DNA of 64,000 nucleotides from an uncultured delta proteobacterium (GCA_963803435.1 CAWDML010000006.1:32001-96000), one strand, 5' to 3'. Counted from the stretch's first letter, positions 28,260-38,237 are shown. Notes: generated by a model from the sequence alone, not told the origin. Numbers and translations: made by a program.

Positions 28260-29696
28260 CTACTCCGGCTTGTCGCGGATCCCCAGTGTCTTGATCTTGT
28301 GAGCGAGCGTCCGGTAGGGGAGGTTCAGCTTCTCGGCCGCCCTCGGCTTGCTGTAGTCGCAGGCCTCGAGCGCGGCCTCGATCAAGCGGACCTCGTACTC
28401 GCGCACCTGATCGCGAAGGTCACCATCCCCCTCGGCGCCCTGCTCTTGCGGCAGAGACGGGTCGTCGCTCTCCAGCGCGCGGTCGACGACCTCGTCGACC
28501 GTCACCTGGGCGAGGCCGCGGTTTCGGACGACGACGTGTCGGACCAGGTTCGCGAGCTGGCGGACGTTGCCAGGCCACGGCGCGAGGATGAAGCGGGCCG
28601 CGAGGCTCGAGGGGAACCACAGCGCCGACGCCTCTTGCTGCCCCTCCAGCCGCTCCAGCTCTTTGGTCTCCTCGAGCGCCCGCTGGAGGAAGTGCGCCAG
28701 CAGACGTCCGATGTCGGCGCGACGCTGGCGGAGCTGCGGCAGCTCGATCTGGAGGCTCGAGAGGCGGAACCAAAGCGGCTCGCGGAAGCGGCCCTCGGCG
28801 ACCATTCGCTCGAGATCCGCGTCCGTCGCCGTCACCACGCGCACGTCGACGCGCTCCGTGCTCGCGGCGCCGACCGGCTGCACCTCCGAAGACTCGAGGA
28901 AGCGCAGGAGCATCGGCTGGATCTCGGGCGTGAGCTCACCGATCTCGTCGAGGAAGATCGTGCCCCCAATCGCACGGCCGAAGTAGCCGGGGTGGTCGGC
29001 GTCCGCGCCGGAGAAGGCGCCCTTTGTATGGCCGAAGAGCTCCGAGGCGGCGACGCTGCCCGGGATGGCCGACATGTTCACGGCCACGAATGGGCCGTCG
29101 CGCCGAGGGCCGGCGTCGTGGATCGCGCGCGCGGCGAGCTCCTTGCCCGTGCCGGTCGCGCCGCGGATCAGCACGGCGCCCGAGAGATCGGCGACGCTCC
29201 GGATCTGACGTCGCACCTGCTCAATCGCAGCGGTCCCCCCGACCAGGCCGAGCGGATCCTCGGATAGCTCGATGACCGGGCTCTGCTCGAGCACGAGGAC
29301 GACGCGGCCGCCGAGCTCGATCACGGCGCCGCGCGCGAGCTCCTCCCGACCAAGGCCGATCCGATCCGTCAACCGCCGGCCCTCGACCGAGACCTGGAGG
29401 CCGGCCTCGCTGTCGAGCTCGACGCGCCCGCCCTTACGCTCGATCTTCAGCGCCTTCCGGGAGACGTACGGATCGACCAGCGGAAGCTGATCGAAGCACG
29501 GCTCGGTTCGGCTGACGAGGACCATCTCGTCGCCGTTCACGAACAGCCGCACCGTCTCGCCGATGCGCCGGACGTCCGGGTGATAGGCGATGGTGAGGCG
29601 AAGCTCCGTTCAATCGGCGGGCCGTTCCAGCTCTTCGCGCGTGCTCGGGCGGGTCGGCCCGAAGAGGTCCTCCAGCTTGCCCCCGCGATCCGGCAC
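28260..29696 (-). CDS. Sigma54-dependent Fis-family enhancer-binding protein with FHA-like N-terminus; in-frame TGA at 29610-29612
   Basis: GATGTGKE, SELFGHTKGAFSGA, FLDEIGE, WPGNVRQL, C-terminal HTH; frame extends upstream VPDRGGKLEDLFGPT..PAD*TELRLTIAYHPD. Confidence 0.9.
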
Positions 29697-29749
29697 TCGA
29701 CCGGCGAAGCCTAGCCTCGGGACCGGAACGTCGCAACGGGGCGCGGCTG

Positions 29750-29815
29750 GGAGCGTGTAGCGCGTAGCGCTACCGCGAGCCCGGTCCGGGTCCCGGTCCC
29801 GGTCCCGGTCCCGAT
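29750..29815. repeat. Left inverted-repeat arm with (GGTCCC)n-type hexamer tandem
   Basis: GGAGCGTGTAGCGCGTAGCGCTACCGCGAGCCCGGTCCGGGTCCCGGTCCCGGTCCCGGTCCCGAT. Confidence 0.92.
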
Positions 29816-29820
29816 GGCGA

Positions 29821-30189
29821 TCATGCAGCCCGGCGTGCGTTCATCGACTTGATGAGGCGCGTGAGCATCTCGACAACGCGCTTGAGCTTGGCTCTGGCGG
29901 CTTGGACCTTCTGCTCGTTGGCGAGTCGGCGCCTCAAGCAGGTGTGGAGTGAGGCGGCGCTTTCGGTGCCAGAGCGAAGTGCCATCCGGTAGAAGCGAGC
30001 CTTCTCAGGTGGATTGAACTCTCCGGCGCCCTCGGCGGTGTTGTTCACGATGGAATCGGATGCCCGCCGAAGCTGATCGCGGACGTGAGCGTGACCGGGT
30101 TGCAGTTCTTGTGCGATCTCTTCAGCGATGTCGGCATACTCGACGGCGAGCTGGTAGACCTCGAGCTTCTCGTGATCGAAAGTGGCCAT
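29821..30189 (-). CDS. Four helix bundle protein (23S rRNA intervening-sequence protein / Avd-like family)
   Basis: FDHEKLEVYQLA, DQLRRASDSIVNNTAEG, KARFYRMALRSGTE, VEMLTRL; 122 aa. Confidence 0.9.
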   Translation of the reverse strand: MATFDHEKLEVYQLAVEYADIAEEIAQELQPGHAHVRDQLRRASDSIVNNTAEGAGEFNPPEKARFYRMALRSGTESAASLHTCLRRRLANEQKVQAARAKLKRVVEMLTRLIKSMNARRAA

Positions 30190-30269
30190 GCAAGCTAGCT
30201 TGCGGTAGCTCGTCCACTTTGACCAGCAGAAGTTCTTGGAGGTCGTTTCGTCTGGAATCGATCGTTGGG

Positions 30270-31608
30270 CGGATCGAATCTCGCGTACTTCGTCTTGGAC
30301 GTCGTCGATGAGGTAGAGCTGAGCGCGATCGAGATCTCGATCCAGTCCAAGGACCGTACTCGCCTCGAATGATGATCGCGCTGCTTCTGTACGCCTACTT
30401 GCACCGGCATCTATTCGTCGCGGAGGATCGCGCGGGCGACCTACCAAGACATTCCATTCCGGGTGCTGGCTGGAGAAAGTCATCCCCACTTCACGACGAT
30501 CAACGAGTTTCGGCTGGTCCACCTGGAGGCACTGAAAGCGCTCTTCCTCGAAGCCCTGAAGCTTTGCCAAAAAGCAGGTTTGGTGCGGCTCGGACACGTC
30601 GCACTCGATGGCTCGAAGGTGCAGGCGAACGCGAGCAAGCACAAGGCGATGACCTACGAGCGGATGGCCGAGGAGGAGAAGCGGCTGTCTCTCGAGATCG
30701 AAGAACTGCTGGAGCGAGCGCGCACGATCGACCAAGAGGAAGACGAGCGGCTGGGCGTTGAAGAGACTGAAGAGGACATCCCAGCGGAGCTCGCTCGCCG
30801 TGAATCCCGCCTTGCCCGCATTCGAGAAGCGAAGGCTGCGCTGGAACAGGATGCCGCCAGGGCTCGCGCGGAGAAATTGCGCAGGCAAGCCGAAGAGCAG
30901 CAGAGCAAAGCGGATGATGCTCTTGTGGATCGGGTGGAGCAGAAGCGAGCGAGAACTCGAGCCGAGAAGGCAAGAGCGCAGGCTGACCAGCTCGAACCAT
31001 GTGGACGGCACACGAGGCCCAACGCTCAGAGGAACTTCACCGACTCAGACAGCAGGATCATGTTGAAGGATGGAGCGTACCTCCAGGCCTACAATGCCCA
31101 AGTTGTCGTAGATGAGCACGCTCAGGTGATTGTCGCCGAAGGGGTCAGCAACCAGGCACCTGATCAGCAACACCTCGTCCCGATGCTCCGTGATGTGTTC
31201 GGCAACTGCGGCGATGCTCCGCGGAAGATGACGGCAGACAACGGCTATCTGAGCGCGACCAACATCGAATTCTGCGACAACAATCAGATCGATGCCCACA
31301 TCGCTGTTGGACCCGAACAGAACCAAGACGCGTCGACTCCGTCCTCATCAGCTTCGGAGCCCACACCTGCCTCGCTCGCTCGCAAGCGAATGCGAGACAA
31401 GTTGCAAACGCGCGACGGCAAGGCGGTCTACGCCCGCAGGAAGAGTATCGTCGAACTGGCGCTCGGACAGATCAAAGCGGCACGAGGATTCCGCCGGTTC
31501 TCGCTACGCTCCTTCTTCAAGGTACGAGCCGAGTGGACGCTCGTCTGCCTCACCCACAACCTGCTCAAGCTCTACCGATCGAAGCTCGCGACCGTCGCGA
31601 GCGTCTGA
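30270..31608 (+). mobile_element. IS1182-family transposase, 5' degraded/frameshifted
   Basis: PRMMIALLLYAY, SSRRI, PHFTTINEFR, LDGSKVQANASK, NFTDSDSRIM, ADNGY, YARRKSIVE, THNLLKL. Confidence 0.88.
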
Positions 31609-31628
31609 CTCAAGGCAGCCATCTTCAG

Positions 31629-31695
31629 ATCGGGACCCGGACCGGGACCGGGACCCGGACCGGGGTCGCGTGAGCGCTTACGCGCTACACGCTCC
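31629..31695. repeat. Right inverted-repeat arm (reverse complement of 29750-29815)
   Basis: 62/67 positions identical by manual alignment; ends at the TAG of the upstream gene. Confidence 0.92.
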
Positions 31696-32699
31696 TAGTT
31701 GCCGTCGGACTGCGGGTAGAGGCAGACCCACCGATAGGTGGTTACGGGTGTGGGGGGGGTGTTGTCGACGTATCGCTGGCAGAAGCAAAGCGAATCCCCG
31801 GAGTCATTGGGCGAGGAACCGATGTTGTTTTGCACGATGGTGCGGACGCGCCCCCGTGTCGCGCTGCTGCAGGTTGCTGCGTTCGCGAACACGGTCATTT
31901 CCGTGGTACCGTTGGAGACGCTGTTGTTCCAAGAGAGATTCGGAGGCATGTCGACTACCATCGTCGAGATCGTGTTCACCGTGACGATGGAGCTCGCGTT
32001 CAGCGTCGCCTGATAGTTGTCGTCCAGGACGGCGGTCAGGTCCGCCTCGGTCGCGTAGCAGGCGCTCTGCGCGATGCTGGCGATCCTGTTCGCATCAACA
32101 GCGACCTGATTGCTCCCGTTGATCGTGATGCCGTCGCCCGCGGTGTAGGTCGTGTTCGCGTCGTTACCATCCGCGATCCCCGCAGGGACGCCCTTCAGCT
32201 CGGTCCAGTCGACCGGGTTGCCCGCTGCGTTGATCGTGCCGGAGCCGGCGAGCTGCGCGCTGGAGGCATACTCCGCGTGCGTGTGGTTCGCTGGCGCGTA
32301 ATCGCTCGGAGCCACTCCGCCCAGCGTGACCGCGTCGCCACAGGTGGCGGCGAACGCGGCGTAGGGCGCGGTGCCGAGCCGGAAACGCGGCATCTCAGCG
32401 TCGGTCTCCACGGTCACGCCGAGCCATCGGTCGCCCGCGAACAGCCCGAGGTCGAGCGAGTTGTCGCTGCCGAGGTAGGTGGTGAACAGCCCGTTGGCGA
32501 GATCGATCGAGGCGCTCTGTGAGTACAGCGCCGTGCCGCCGGTCTCCACGTCGTACAGCGAGAAGGTGACGTCGCGGGTGCCGTCGATCGGGACGCCGTC
32601 GGCGTCGGTCAGCAACCCCTGAACGGGCAGGATCGCGGGCGCCTGGGCGAGCGCGGGCAGCGGGGTAAGGACGAGGGCGAGGGTCAACAGGTGGCGCAT
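31695..32699 (-). CDS. Secreted hypothetical protein (fibre/adhesin-like N-terminal domain)
   Basis: Signal peptide, QGLLTDADGVP..TFSLY..WLGVTV..PR..PYA pattern, TYTAGDGITI. Confidence 0.7.
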   Translation of the reverse strand: MRHLLTLALVLTPLPALAQAPAILPVQGLLTDADGVPIDGTRDVTFSLYDVETGGTALYSQSASIDLANGLFTTYLGSDNSLDLGLFAGDRWLGVTVETDAEMPRFRLGTAPYAAFAATCGDAVTLGGVAPSDYAPANHTHAEYASSAQLAGSGTINAAGNPVDWTELKGVPAGIADGNDANTTYTAGDGITINGSNQVAVDANRIASIAQSACYATEADLTAVLDDNYQATLNASSIVTVNTISTMVVDMPPNLSWNNSVSNGTTEMTVFANAATCSSATRGRVRTIVQNNIGSSPNDSGDSLCFCQRYVDNTPPTPVTTYRWVCLYPQSDGN

Positions 32700-32709
32700 G
32701 GTGGGCTCC

Positions 32710-33090
32710 TTACTGGGGTGCTTGAACCGGGACGGGACCGAGGAAGAGCTTGAAGGAGGCGCTCTGCCTGGTGCCGACCGGGGTCGGGGGGCTGATCGAC
32801 AGGCGCAGTCGGTACGAGCTCGAGGCCCGCGTACCGCCGCCGGACGAGGTGGTGAACGCGTTGGAGGCCGGGGGCGTGGCATCGGTGGGCATCGCGTCGG
32901 GGGTGGTGGCGTCGAGCTCCATGCCGGCGTCCTCGAGCGCTCCGGTGTCGGAGGGCTCAAGGCCCGTATCGCGATCGATCGTGCCGGTGTCTGCGATCGA
33001 CCCCGAGTCGTTGGGGCGGAGATCCGTCCCAGGCTTGAGCTGCGGGCACCCGGCGAGCGCGAGCACCAGCGCGACAGACGCGATACGCAT
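32710..33090 (-). CDS. Lipoprotein
   Basis: LALAGC lipobox, D/T/G-rich linker, duplicated SSSYRL/SASFKL tail. Confidence 0.7.
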   Translation of the reverse strand: MRIASVALVLALAGCPQLKPGTDLRPNDSGSIADTGTIDRDTGLEPSDTGALEDAGMELDATTPDAMPTDATPPASNAFTTSSGGGTRASSSYRLRLSISPPTPVGTRQSASFKLFLGPVPVQAPQ

Positions 33091-34064
33091 CAGAACCTCC
33101 CAGCGACGCCGATGCCGGCGCCCTCTTCCATCCAGAACGCGACCGGCGCGGGCTCGGGGTCGCCGTCGAAGACGAACAGCACCACCGAGGCGACCGCGAA
33201 CGCTCCCGCCGCTGCGTATCCCGCGATCGCGATCGCCGCGCCGGTCTTGGCGGCGGAGCGCTCGCCCGCGCAGTTCTCCTCGCGGGTCACTCCACCGACC
33301 AGACAGAGGTCGTCGTCGTTGTAGCGGCTCACGTGCTTCGCGCGCACCGCGGTCCCCGCGATCCCGGTCGCCAGGCCCGCCACCGCGACGCCGCCGGCGG
33401 CGATCGCCCAAACGGTGAGCTCGGGGCCCGCTCTCGGCAGCGAGGTCGCCGCCAAGACCGACGGCGGCGGGGCGGCCGGCGGACCCGAGTGGACCCTCGG
33501 CGGAGCCGGCTCGGCGGGCTCGGGGGGCGCGGCGAGCTCGGCGACCAGGTCGAACGACTCGCGCGCCAGCCCGCGCGGCTCGACCTCGACCGTGCGAGAC
33601 AGCCGGCGAAATCCGTCCATCAGGACGTCGATCACGATCGATCCCGCCACGACGCGCACCGGCTCGGAGAGCGGCAATGTCCCGACCTGGGCCCCGTTCA
33701 CCACCACCTTCGCGCCCTCCGGCGTCCCGAGCACCTGGAGCTTCGCGAGGTGATCGCGGATGAACTCGAGCGCCTCCTCGAGGGGCTTGTGTCGCTGCAG
33801 GACCCAGAGATCGTTCGTCGCCAGCGCCGCCTCCACGTGCGTCTCGGCGTCGAGCCAGCGACCGATCGCTTGCTCGGCCAAACCGACCTGCGCGAGCGCC
33901 TGCGCCGACTTCGAGGCGGAGTAAGCCTTCTCGAAGAGCGCCAGCGCCTCGAGATCCTTTCCTTGCTCGCGGAGCGCAAGGCCCTGCTCGAGCAACCGTT
34001 CCGGCGACTCGTCGCGAGCCTCTCCGACCAGACCGAGCGCGATAAGAAAGACTAGGATAGACAT
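33090..34064 (-). CDS. TPR + PEGA domain membrane protein
   Basis: N-terminal TPR-like helices, PEGAKVVVNG, C-terminal TM segments. Confidence 0.85.
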   Translation of the reverse strand: MSILVFLIALGLVGEARDESPERLLEQGLALREQGKDLEALALFEKAYSASKSAQALAQVGLAEQAIGRWLDAETHVEAALATNDLWVLQRHKPLEEALEFIRDHLAKLQVLGTPEGAKVVVNGAQVGTLPLSEPVRVVAGSIVIDVLMDGFRRLSRTVEVEPRGLARESFDLVAELAAPPEPAEPAPPRVHSGPPAAPPPSVLAATSLPRAGPELTVWAIAAGGVAVAGLATGIAGTAVRAKHVSRYNDDDLCLVGGVTREENCAGERSAAKTGAAIAIAGYAAAGAFAVASVVLFVFDGDPEPAPVAFWMEEGAGIGVAGRF

Positions 34065-34065
34065 C

Positions 34066-35637
34066 TCACTTCAGGATCGGCGCCCTGTTCGCGCCGTTGA
34101 CGGGGGTTGGGTGGGGCGGCTTCATCACGTGTCCCATCGAACGGGTCGGCTTCACCTTCCGGTTTGGCCTCTTCTCGAGCACGACGGTCCGCTCGCTCGG
34201 CGCCGCGTCGGAGAACTCGAGCACCCGCATCTGGTAGCCGCTGTGAGAGATCTCGATTCGATGGGGCGTGCCGTCCGCGACGAAGCTTCCCTCGAAGTGA
34301 CCGAGAGCGGAGGTCTGGCCGTCCACCAGGAGGCGGGCGTCGGCCGGCTCCGCGGAGATGGAGACGGTGAACTCGGCCGGCGCGGGAGGCTCGACCACGG
34401 CCGTTGGTGGTGGTGGCGGCGGCGGTGGCGGCGGGGACTCTGCGATCGGGGCCGCCTGCTCGCCGCGGCTGAGCAGGACGATGGACGCCGCGAGCGCGAT
34501 GAGCAGCGCTCCAGCGATCAGCAGCCAACGTCCACGGCCGGTGCGCGCGGGCTCCACCGTTCCACTGCCGAACGTCGAGGGCGGCTCGTTCCGGGTGATC
34601 GGTTCGGCCAGCGGAGCGGGCCGGGGCGCCTGTGGCGGCACGTGGTAGGTCGAGGGGAGATCGTTCGACGTGAGCTGCTCGCTGAAGATCGCCTCCCATC
34701 GCGCGCGCAGGCTGCTCCCCGCGAACGGGAGCAGCGCACGTCCCAGCTCCTTCACCGTCGGGTAGCGCGCGTCCGGCTTCGTCGCCATCGCGGTGAGAAC
34801 GACGCGCTCGAAGTCTCCGGGGATGCTCGGGTTCACGCTGCTCGGCGGCACGAACTCGCCCTGCACGATCCGATGGAGGAGCCGGTACATCGAGTCGGAC
34901 TTGAAGGGACGTACGCCCGTGACGCATTGATAGAGGATCACGCCGAGCGAGTACTGATCGCTGCGGGCGTCGAGCACCTTCGATCCTGCCGCCTGCTCGG
35001 GCGACATGTAGAACGGCGTGCCGATGAGGGCGCCGGTCGTGGTCAGCGCGTCGGTCGGCGCGCCGGTCATGAGCTTCGAGATCCCGAAGTCGAGGACCTT
35101 CGGCATCGACAAGCCGTGGTGTCCCTCGGCGAGGAAGATGTTGGCCGGCTTGAGGTCCCGATGGAGCACGCCCTCGTGGTGTGCCGCCATCACTGCTGCG
35201 GCGACCGGCAGCACGATGTCGACCGCCTCCGAGATTGGGAGCATGCCGCGCTCGCGTAGGAGGTCGGCCAGATCCCGCCCCTCCAGATACTCCATCACCA
35301 GGAAGGTGACCTCGTCCTCGGTGCCGACGTCGTAGATGTCGACGACGTGCGGGTGCTGGATCCGGGCTGCAGACTCTCCCTCGCGGAGGAAGCGCACCTG
35401 GACCTCCGGCTCGCGCGCCAGCTCCGGCAGCAGGGCCTTGATCGCGACGCGCTTGCCCAGGCCGGTATGGGTGGCCTCGTAGACCTCACCCATACCACCG
35501 GCGCCGAGCCGTCGCTTGATCTTGTAGCGGCCGAACGTCGCGCCGTCCTCGAGGATGTGACGCGCCGCCACCGCGGCGGAGTCTACAGGCGCGGTCCCAC
35601 GAGCCGCAATCGGTTCCTCCGCCGCGCGCGTCGGCAT
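34066..35637 (-). CDS. Ser/Thr protein kinase with TM and PEGA domain
   Basis: GAGGMGEVY, VAIK, HRDLKPAN, DFG, YMSPE. Confidence 0.95.
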   Translation of the reverse strand: MPTRAAEEPIAARGTAPVDSAAVAARHILEDGATFGRYKIKRRLGAGGMGEVYEATHTGLGKRVAIKALLPELAREPEVQVRFLREGESAARIQHPHVVDIYDVGTEDEVTFLVMEYLEGRDLADLLRERGMLPISEAVDIVLPVAAAVMAAHHEGVLHRDLKPANIFLAEGHHGLSMPKVLDFGISKLMTGAPTDALTTTGALIGTPFYMSPEQAAGSKVLDARSDQYSLGVILYQCVTGVRPFKSDSMYRLLHRIVQGEFVPPSSVNPSIPGDFERVVLTAMATKPDARYPTVKELGRALLPFAGSSLRARWEAIFSEQLTSNDLPSTYHVPPQAPRPAPLAEPITRNEPPSTFGSGTVEPARTGRGRWLLIAGALLIALAASIVLLSRGEQAAPIAESPPPPPPPPPPTAVVEPPAPAEFTVSISAEPADARLLVDGQTSALGHFEGSFVADGTPHRIEISHSGYQMRVLEFSDAAPSERTVVLEKRPNRKVKPTRSMGHVMKPPHPTPVNGANRAPILK

Positions 35638-35786
35638 CCCGTCGAGCTTCCCTCTCAACTCATGTGCCAAGGGACAGCTCTCGCGGATGAAGTGACCTGC
35701 CCCGGAGGTCTGCCAATGATTGCCAGCGTTCCGCAACCCATGGCAGAGCGAGCGCCGCCCAAGCATGCGATACTTCCTCCCGTCGC

Positions 35787-36757
35787 ATGAAGGCCGGGGA
35801 CCAGATTCGGACGCTACCGGCTCGTGCGGCACCGCAAGAGCGGAGGGTTCGCGGAGGTCTGGTACGCTGAGCGCGACGACGGGCTCGGCGTCGCCGCCAA
35901 GGTGCTCCACCCCCGGCACGTCTCCAGCCGGCCGGTGAGGGGCCCGTCCCCGATCCAGCGCTTCATCGAGGAGGCCCACTTCCACGCACGGCTCAGGGTG
36001 GAAGGGCTGGTGGCCATGCTCGACGTGGTCGATCAGCGGGACGACGGGATCATCGCGCTCATCATGGAGTACCTGTGCGGCCGCGATTCTCTCGGAGGCA
36101 AACGACGTCGGGCTCGATGAGCTCCTCGAGATCGCGGCCAAGACCGCCGACATCCTCCACGCCCTCCACCAGGAAGGGATCGTTCACCGGGACGTCAAGC
36201 CGACCAACATCTTCGTGACCGAGCCGTTCGGGGTGAAGCTTCTCGATCTCGGGGTCGCGAAGGATCTCCTGTTGCCCTCGCTCCGGGATCGCACAGCCAC
36301 GGACGTCGTGGTTGGAACGCTGCAGGTCCTCGCGCCGGAGAGCCTCAAGAAGGGGGCGCGATCCGGAGCGCCGCCCGCGCCCTCGTTCGATCAATGGGGG
36401 CTCGGCGTCACGCTCTACTCCGTGCTCTCGGGACGCCTTCCCTTCCCGAATACGAAGCCGCACGAGATTGTCGAGTCGATCATGAACTCGCCGATCGAGC
36501 CGCTCGAGCTCCTTCCTAGGTTCGAGCTGTCTCCGACCCCCTTCTTCGTGGACATGGTGATCCGCCGCTGCCTCGAGAAGGATCCGGCGGCCCGCTACCC
36601 CTCGATGGCGCACCTCGCCGCGGCGCTGCGAAACGCTCAGCGCGGCCTGGCGCGCGTACGGGCGCTCGCCATGATGGAGGCGCCGACCGACGTCACCGGC
36701 GGTCCCGAGCCGAGCCCCGCCTTCGAGAACGACCCGACGATCAAGCTCGACGACTGA
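35787..36757 (+). pseudogene. Ser/Thr protein kinase, frameshifted
   Basis: SGGFAEVW, VAAKVL, HRDVKPTN, DLG, LAPE, DQWGLG across frames. Confidence 0.8.
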
Positions 36758-36825
36758 GCCCCAGAACTGTCGTACCAACGATTCGACCGGCCGCTCCCGA
36801 TCCGAGGTCGGGGCGGCGTGAGCGC

Positions 36826-37485
36826 TCACCCGCCGAGGGCCCGCTGTGCCTTGGCTTCGGAGCAGTCGTACAGGATCGTGGCGCGATACGGCTCGGCCGG
36901 GTCGAGCGGGTCGTCGAGGACGGTCTTCGTCCCACAGTTCTCTGAATATTCCGCCGTGAGGAGCCCGACGAAGCCGCGGGTGGCAGCCCCGAAGGTCTCG
37001 AACTCGACCTCGGCGGTGCAGGACTCCGACCTGCAGTCGACCACCACGGTGCGGAACGCGCCGTCGCCGGCCATCGCGTCCAGATCCTCGTAGAAGCGGG
37101 CCTCTGCGTGGTCGGACCAGCTCGGGTCGACCGCCTCGCGGGCGTGCTGCTCGAGCTCGTCTCTCCAGCTCGCGTTCGCCTGCTCCCGCAGCGACTGCCG
37201 ATCCGCCTCGACCTCGGGCGGCAAGTCTCCACTCACCGGCTCCGGGATCGCGTCGAGCCGACGGACGACGCGGGCGAGCCCGCGCTCGAGCAAGCCGACG
37301 CGCGCCGACTGGTCGCTCCCCGGCGCGGGGTCGGGCGCGCGCGTCGGCTCGAGCACGGGACGCAGCTCGACGTCCGGCCTAGGCGGCTCCGCAGAGCCCG
37401 ACAGCGAGAGCACGACCACAAGCCCGCTCACGGCACCGGTGGCGCAAGGGAGGAGATGACTAGCGATCTTCTTCAGCGCTGACAT
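36826..37485 (-). CDS. Membrane-anchored hypothetical protein
   Basis: N-terminal TM, EAVDPSWS..VDCRSESC; RBS GGAGG. Confidence 0.65.
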   Translation of the reverse strand: MSALKKIASHLLPCATGAVSGLVVVLSLSGSAEPPRPDVELRPVLEPTRAPDPAPGSDQSARVGLLERGLARVVRRLDAIPEPVSGDLPPEVEADRQSLREQANASWRDELEQHAREAVDPSWSDHAEARFYEDLDAMAGDGAFRTVVVDCRSESCTAEVEFETFGAATRGFVGLLTAEYSENCGTKTVLDDPLDPAEPYRATILYDCSEAKAQRALGG

Positions 37486-37982
37486 TCCATCCTCCTCAAT
37501 CGGCCAAGAAGATGCCGCTGATTCTCGCTGCCCCCGTTCGGGAGGTGCATCTCGAGGAAGCCGAAGTCGTAGGTGTGGCTGCTGCTGAGCACCGACCGCG
37601 AGGGTCTCAACGTGACGTGACCGGTGTACGAGAGGCCCGAGGTCGTGGTCGGGCCGCAGGCGCCCGACCACTGGTACCAGGAGGTGACGCAGACGTGAGC
37701 GACGAAGTATCCGTTCGAGGTCCCGTCGTAGCCCTCGACGTTCAGCTCGGCGATCTCCTGCTTCGGAAACGTCGAGTCGTCGGGGAGCGTGCAGTACACG
37801 TCCACGCCGCCAAATCCGTAGTTGCTGAGACCGACGGGGGACGGTGTGACGCCGCCCGCAGGCAGGCAGCTCATCGCGCTGATCCGCGTCCACTTCGCGT
37901 CAGCGTCGCCCGACATCGAGAGCGTGGCTGTGGTACACGCCGCTACGAGAAACGTTGCCATCTTCTGTCCGAGTGCGTTCAT
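37473..37982 (-). CDS. Secreted Cys-containing hypothetical protein
   Basis: Signal peptide, RBS GGAGG; probable homopolymer slip near 37530 (true end ~37497). Confidence 0.65.
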   Translation of the reverse strand: MNALGQKMATFLVAACTTATLSMSGDADAKWTRISAMSCLPAGGVTPSPVGLSNYGFGGVDVYCTLPDDSTFPKQEIAELNVEGYDGTSNGYFVAHVCVTSWYQWSGACGPTTTSGLSYTGHVTLRPSRSVLSSSHTYDFGFLEMHLPNGGSENQRHLLGRLRRMECQR

Positions 37983-38025
37983 CGTGTTTCCTCCCGCGCG
38001 TCCAGTCGCGCTGGGAGGAGCGCTC

Positions 38026-38041
38026 TGCAGCCGCCGTGCCG
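38026..38041 (-). promoter_or_regulatory. Sigma54 -24/-12 promoter
   Basis: CGGCACGGCGGCTGCA (GG-N10-GC) ~45 bp upstream of ATG 37982; TGCA repeats at 38082-38110. Confidence 0.6.
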
Positions 38042-38191
38042 GGCCGCTGCACGCGCGACCCCCGCCCGACGCCAGCCTCCGCTGCAATGGGCTGCAGATC
38101 GGGTGCAATCGACGGCAGCTCCCCGACAGTCGAAGAAGTCTCCATTCGTCCGCTCCCGAGCAGCTGTACGAGGGGCTGTCTTCAATCAAAA

Positions 38192-38237
38192 CCCGGTCCC
38201 GGTCGCGGCCGGTCGCGGTCCCGGTCCGGTCCCGATC
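38192..38237. repeat. Solo degenerate hexamer tandem resembling the cassette IR arm
   Basis: CCCGGTCCCGGTCGCGGCCGGTCGCGGTCCCGGTCCGGTCCCGATC. Confidence 0.75.

Noticed and set aside
29781-29815. Hexamer tandem repeats as a CRISPR array
   Set aside because: No unique spacers, repeat unit too short, no cas genes
29821-30189. Diversity-generating retroelement (Avd-like gene)
   Set aside because: No reverse transcriptase or TR/VR pair seen in the window
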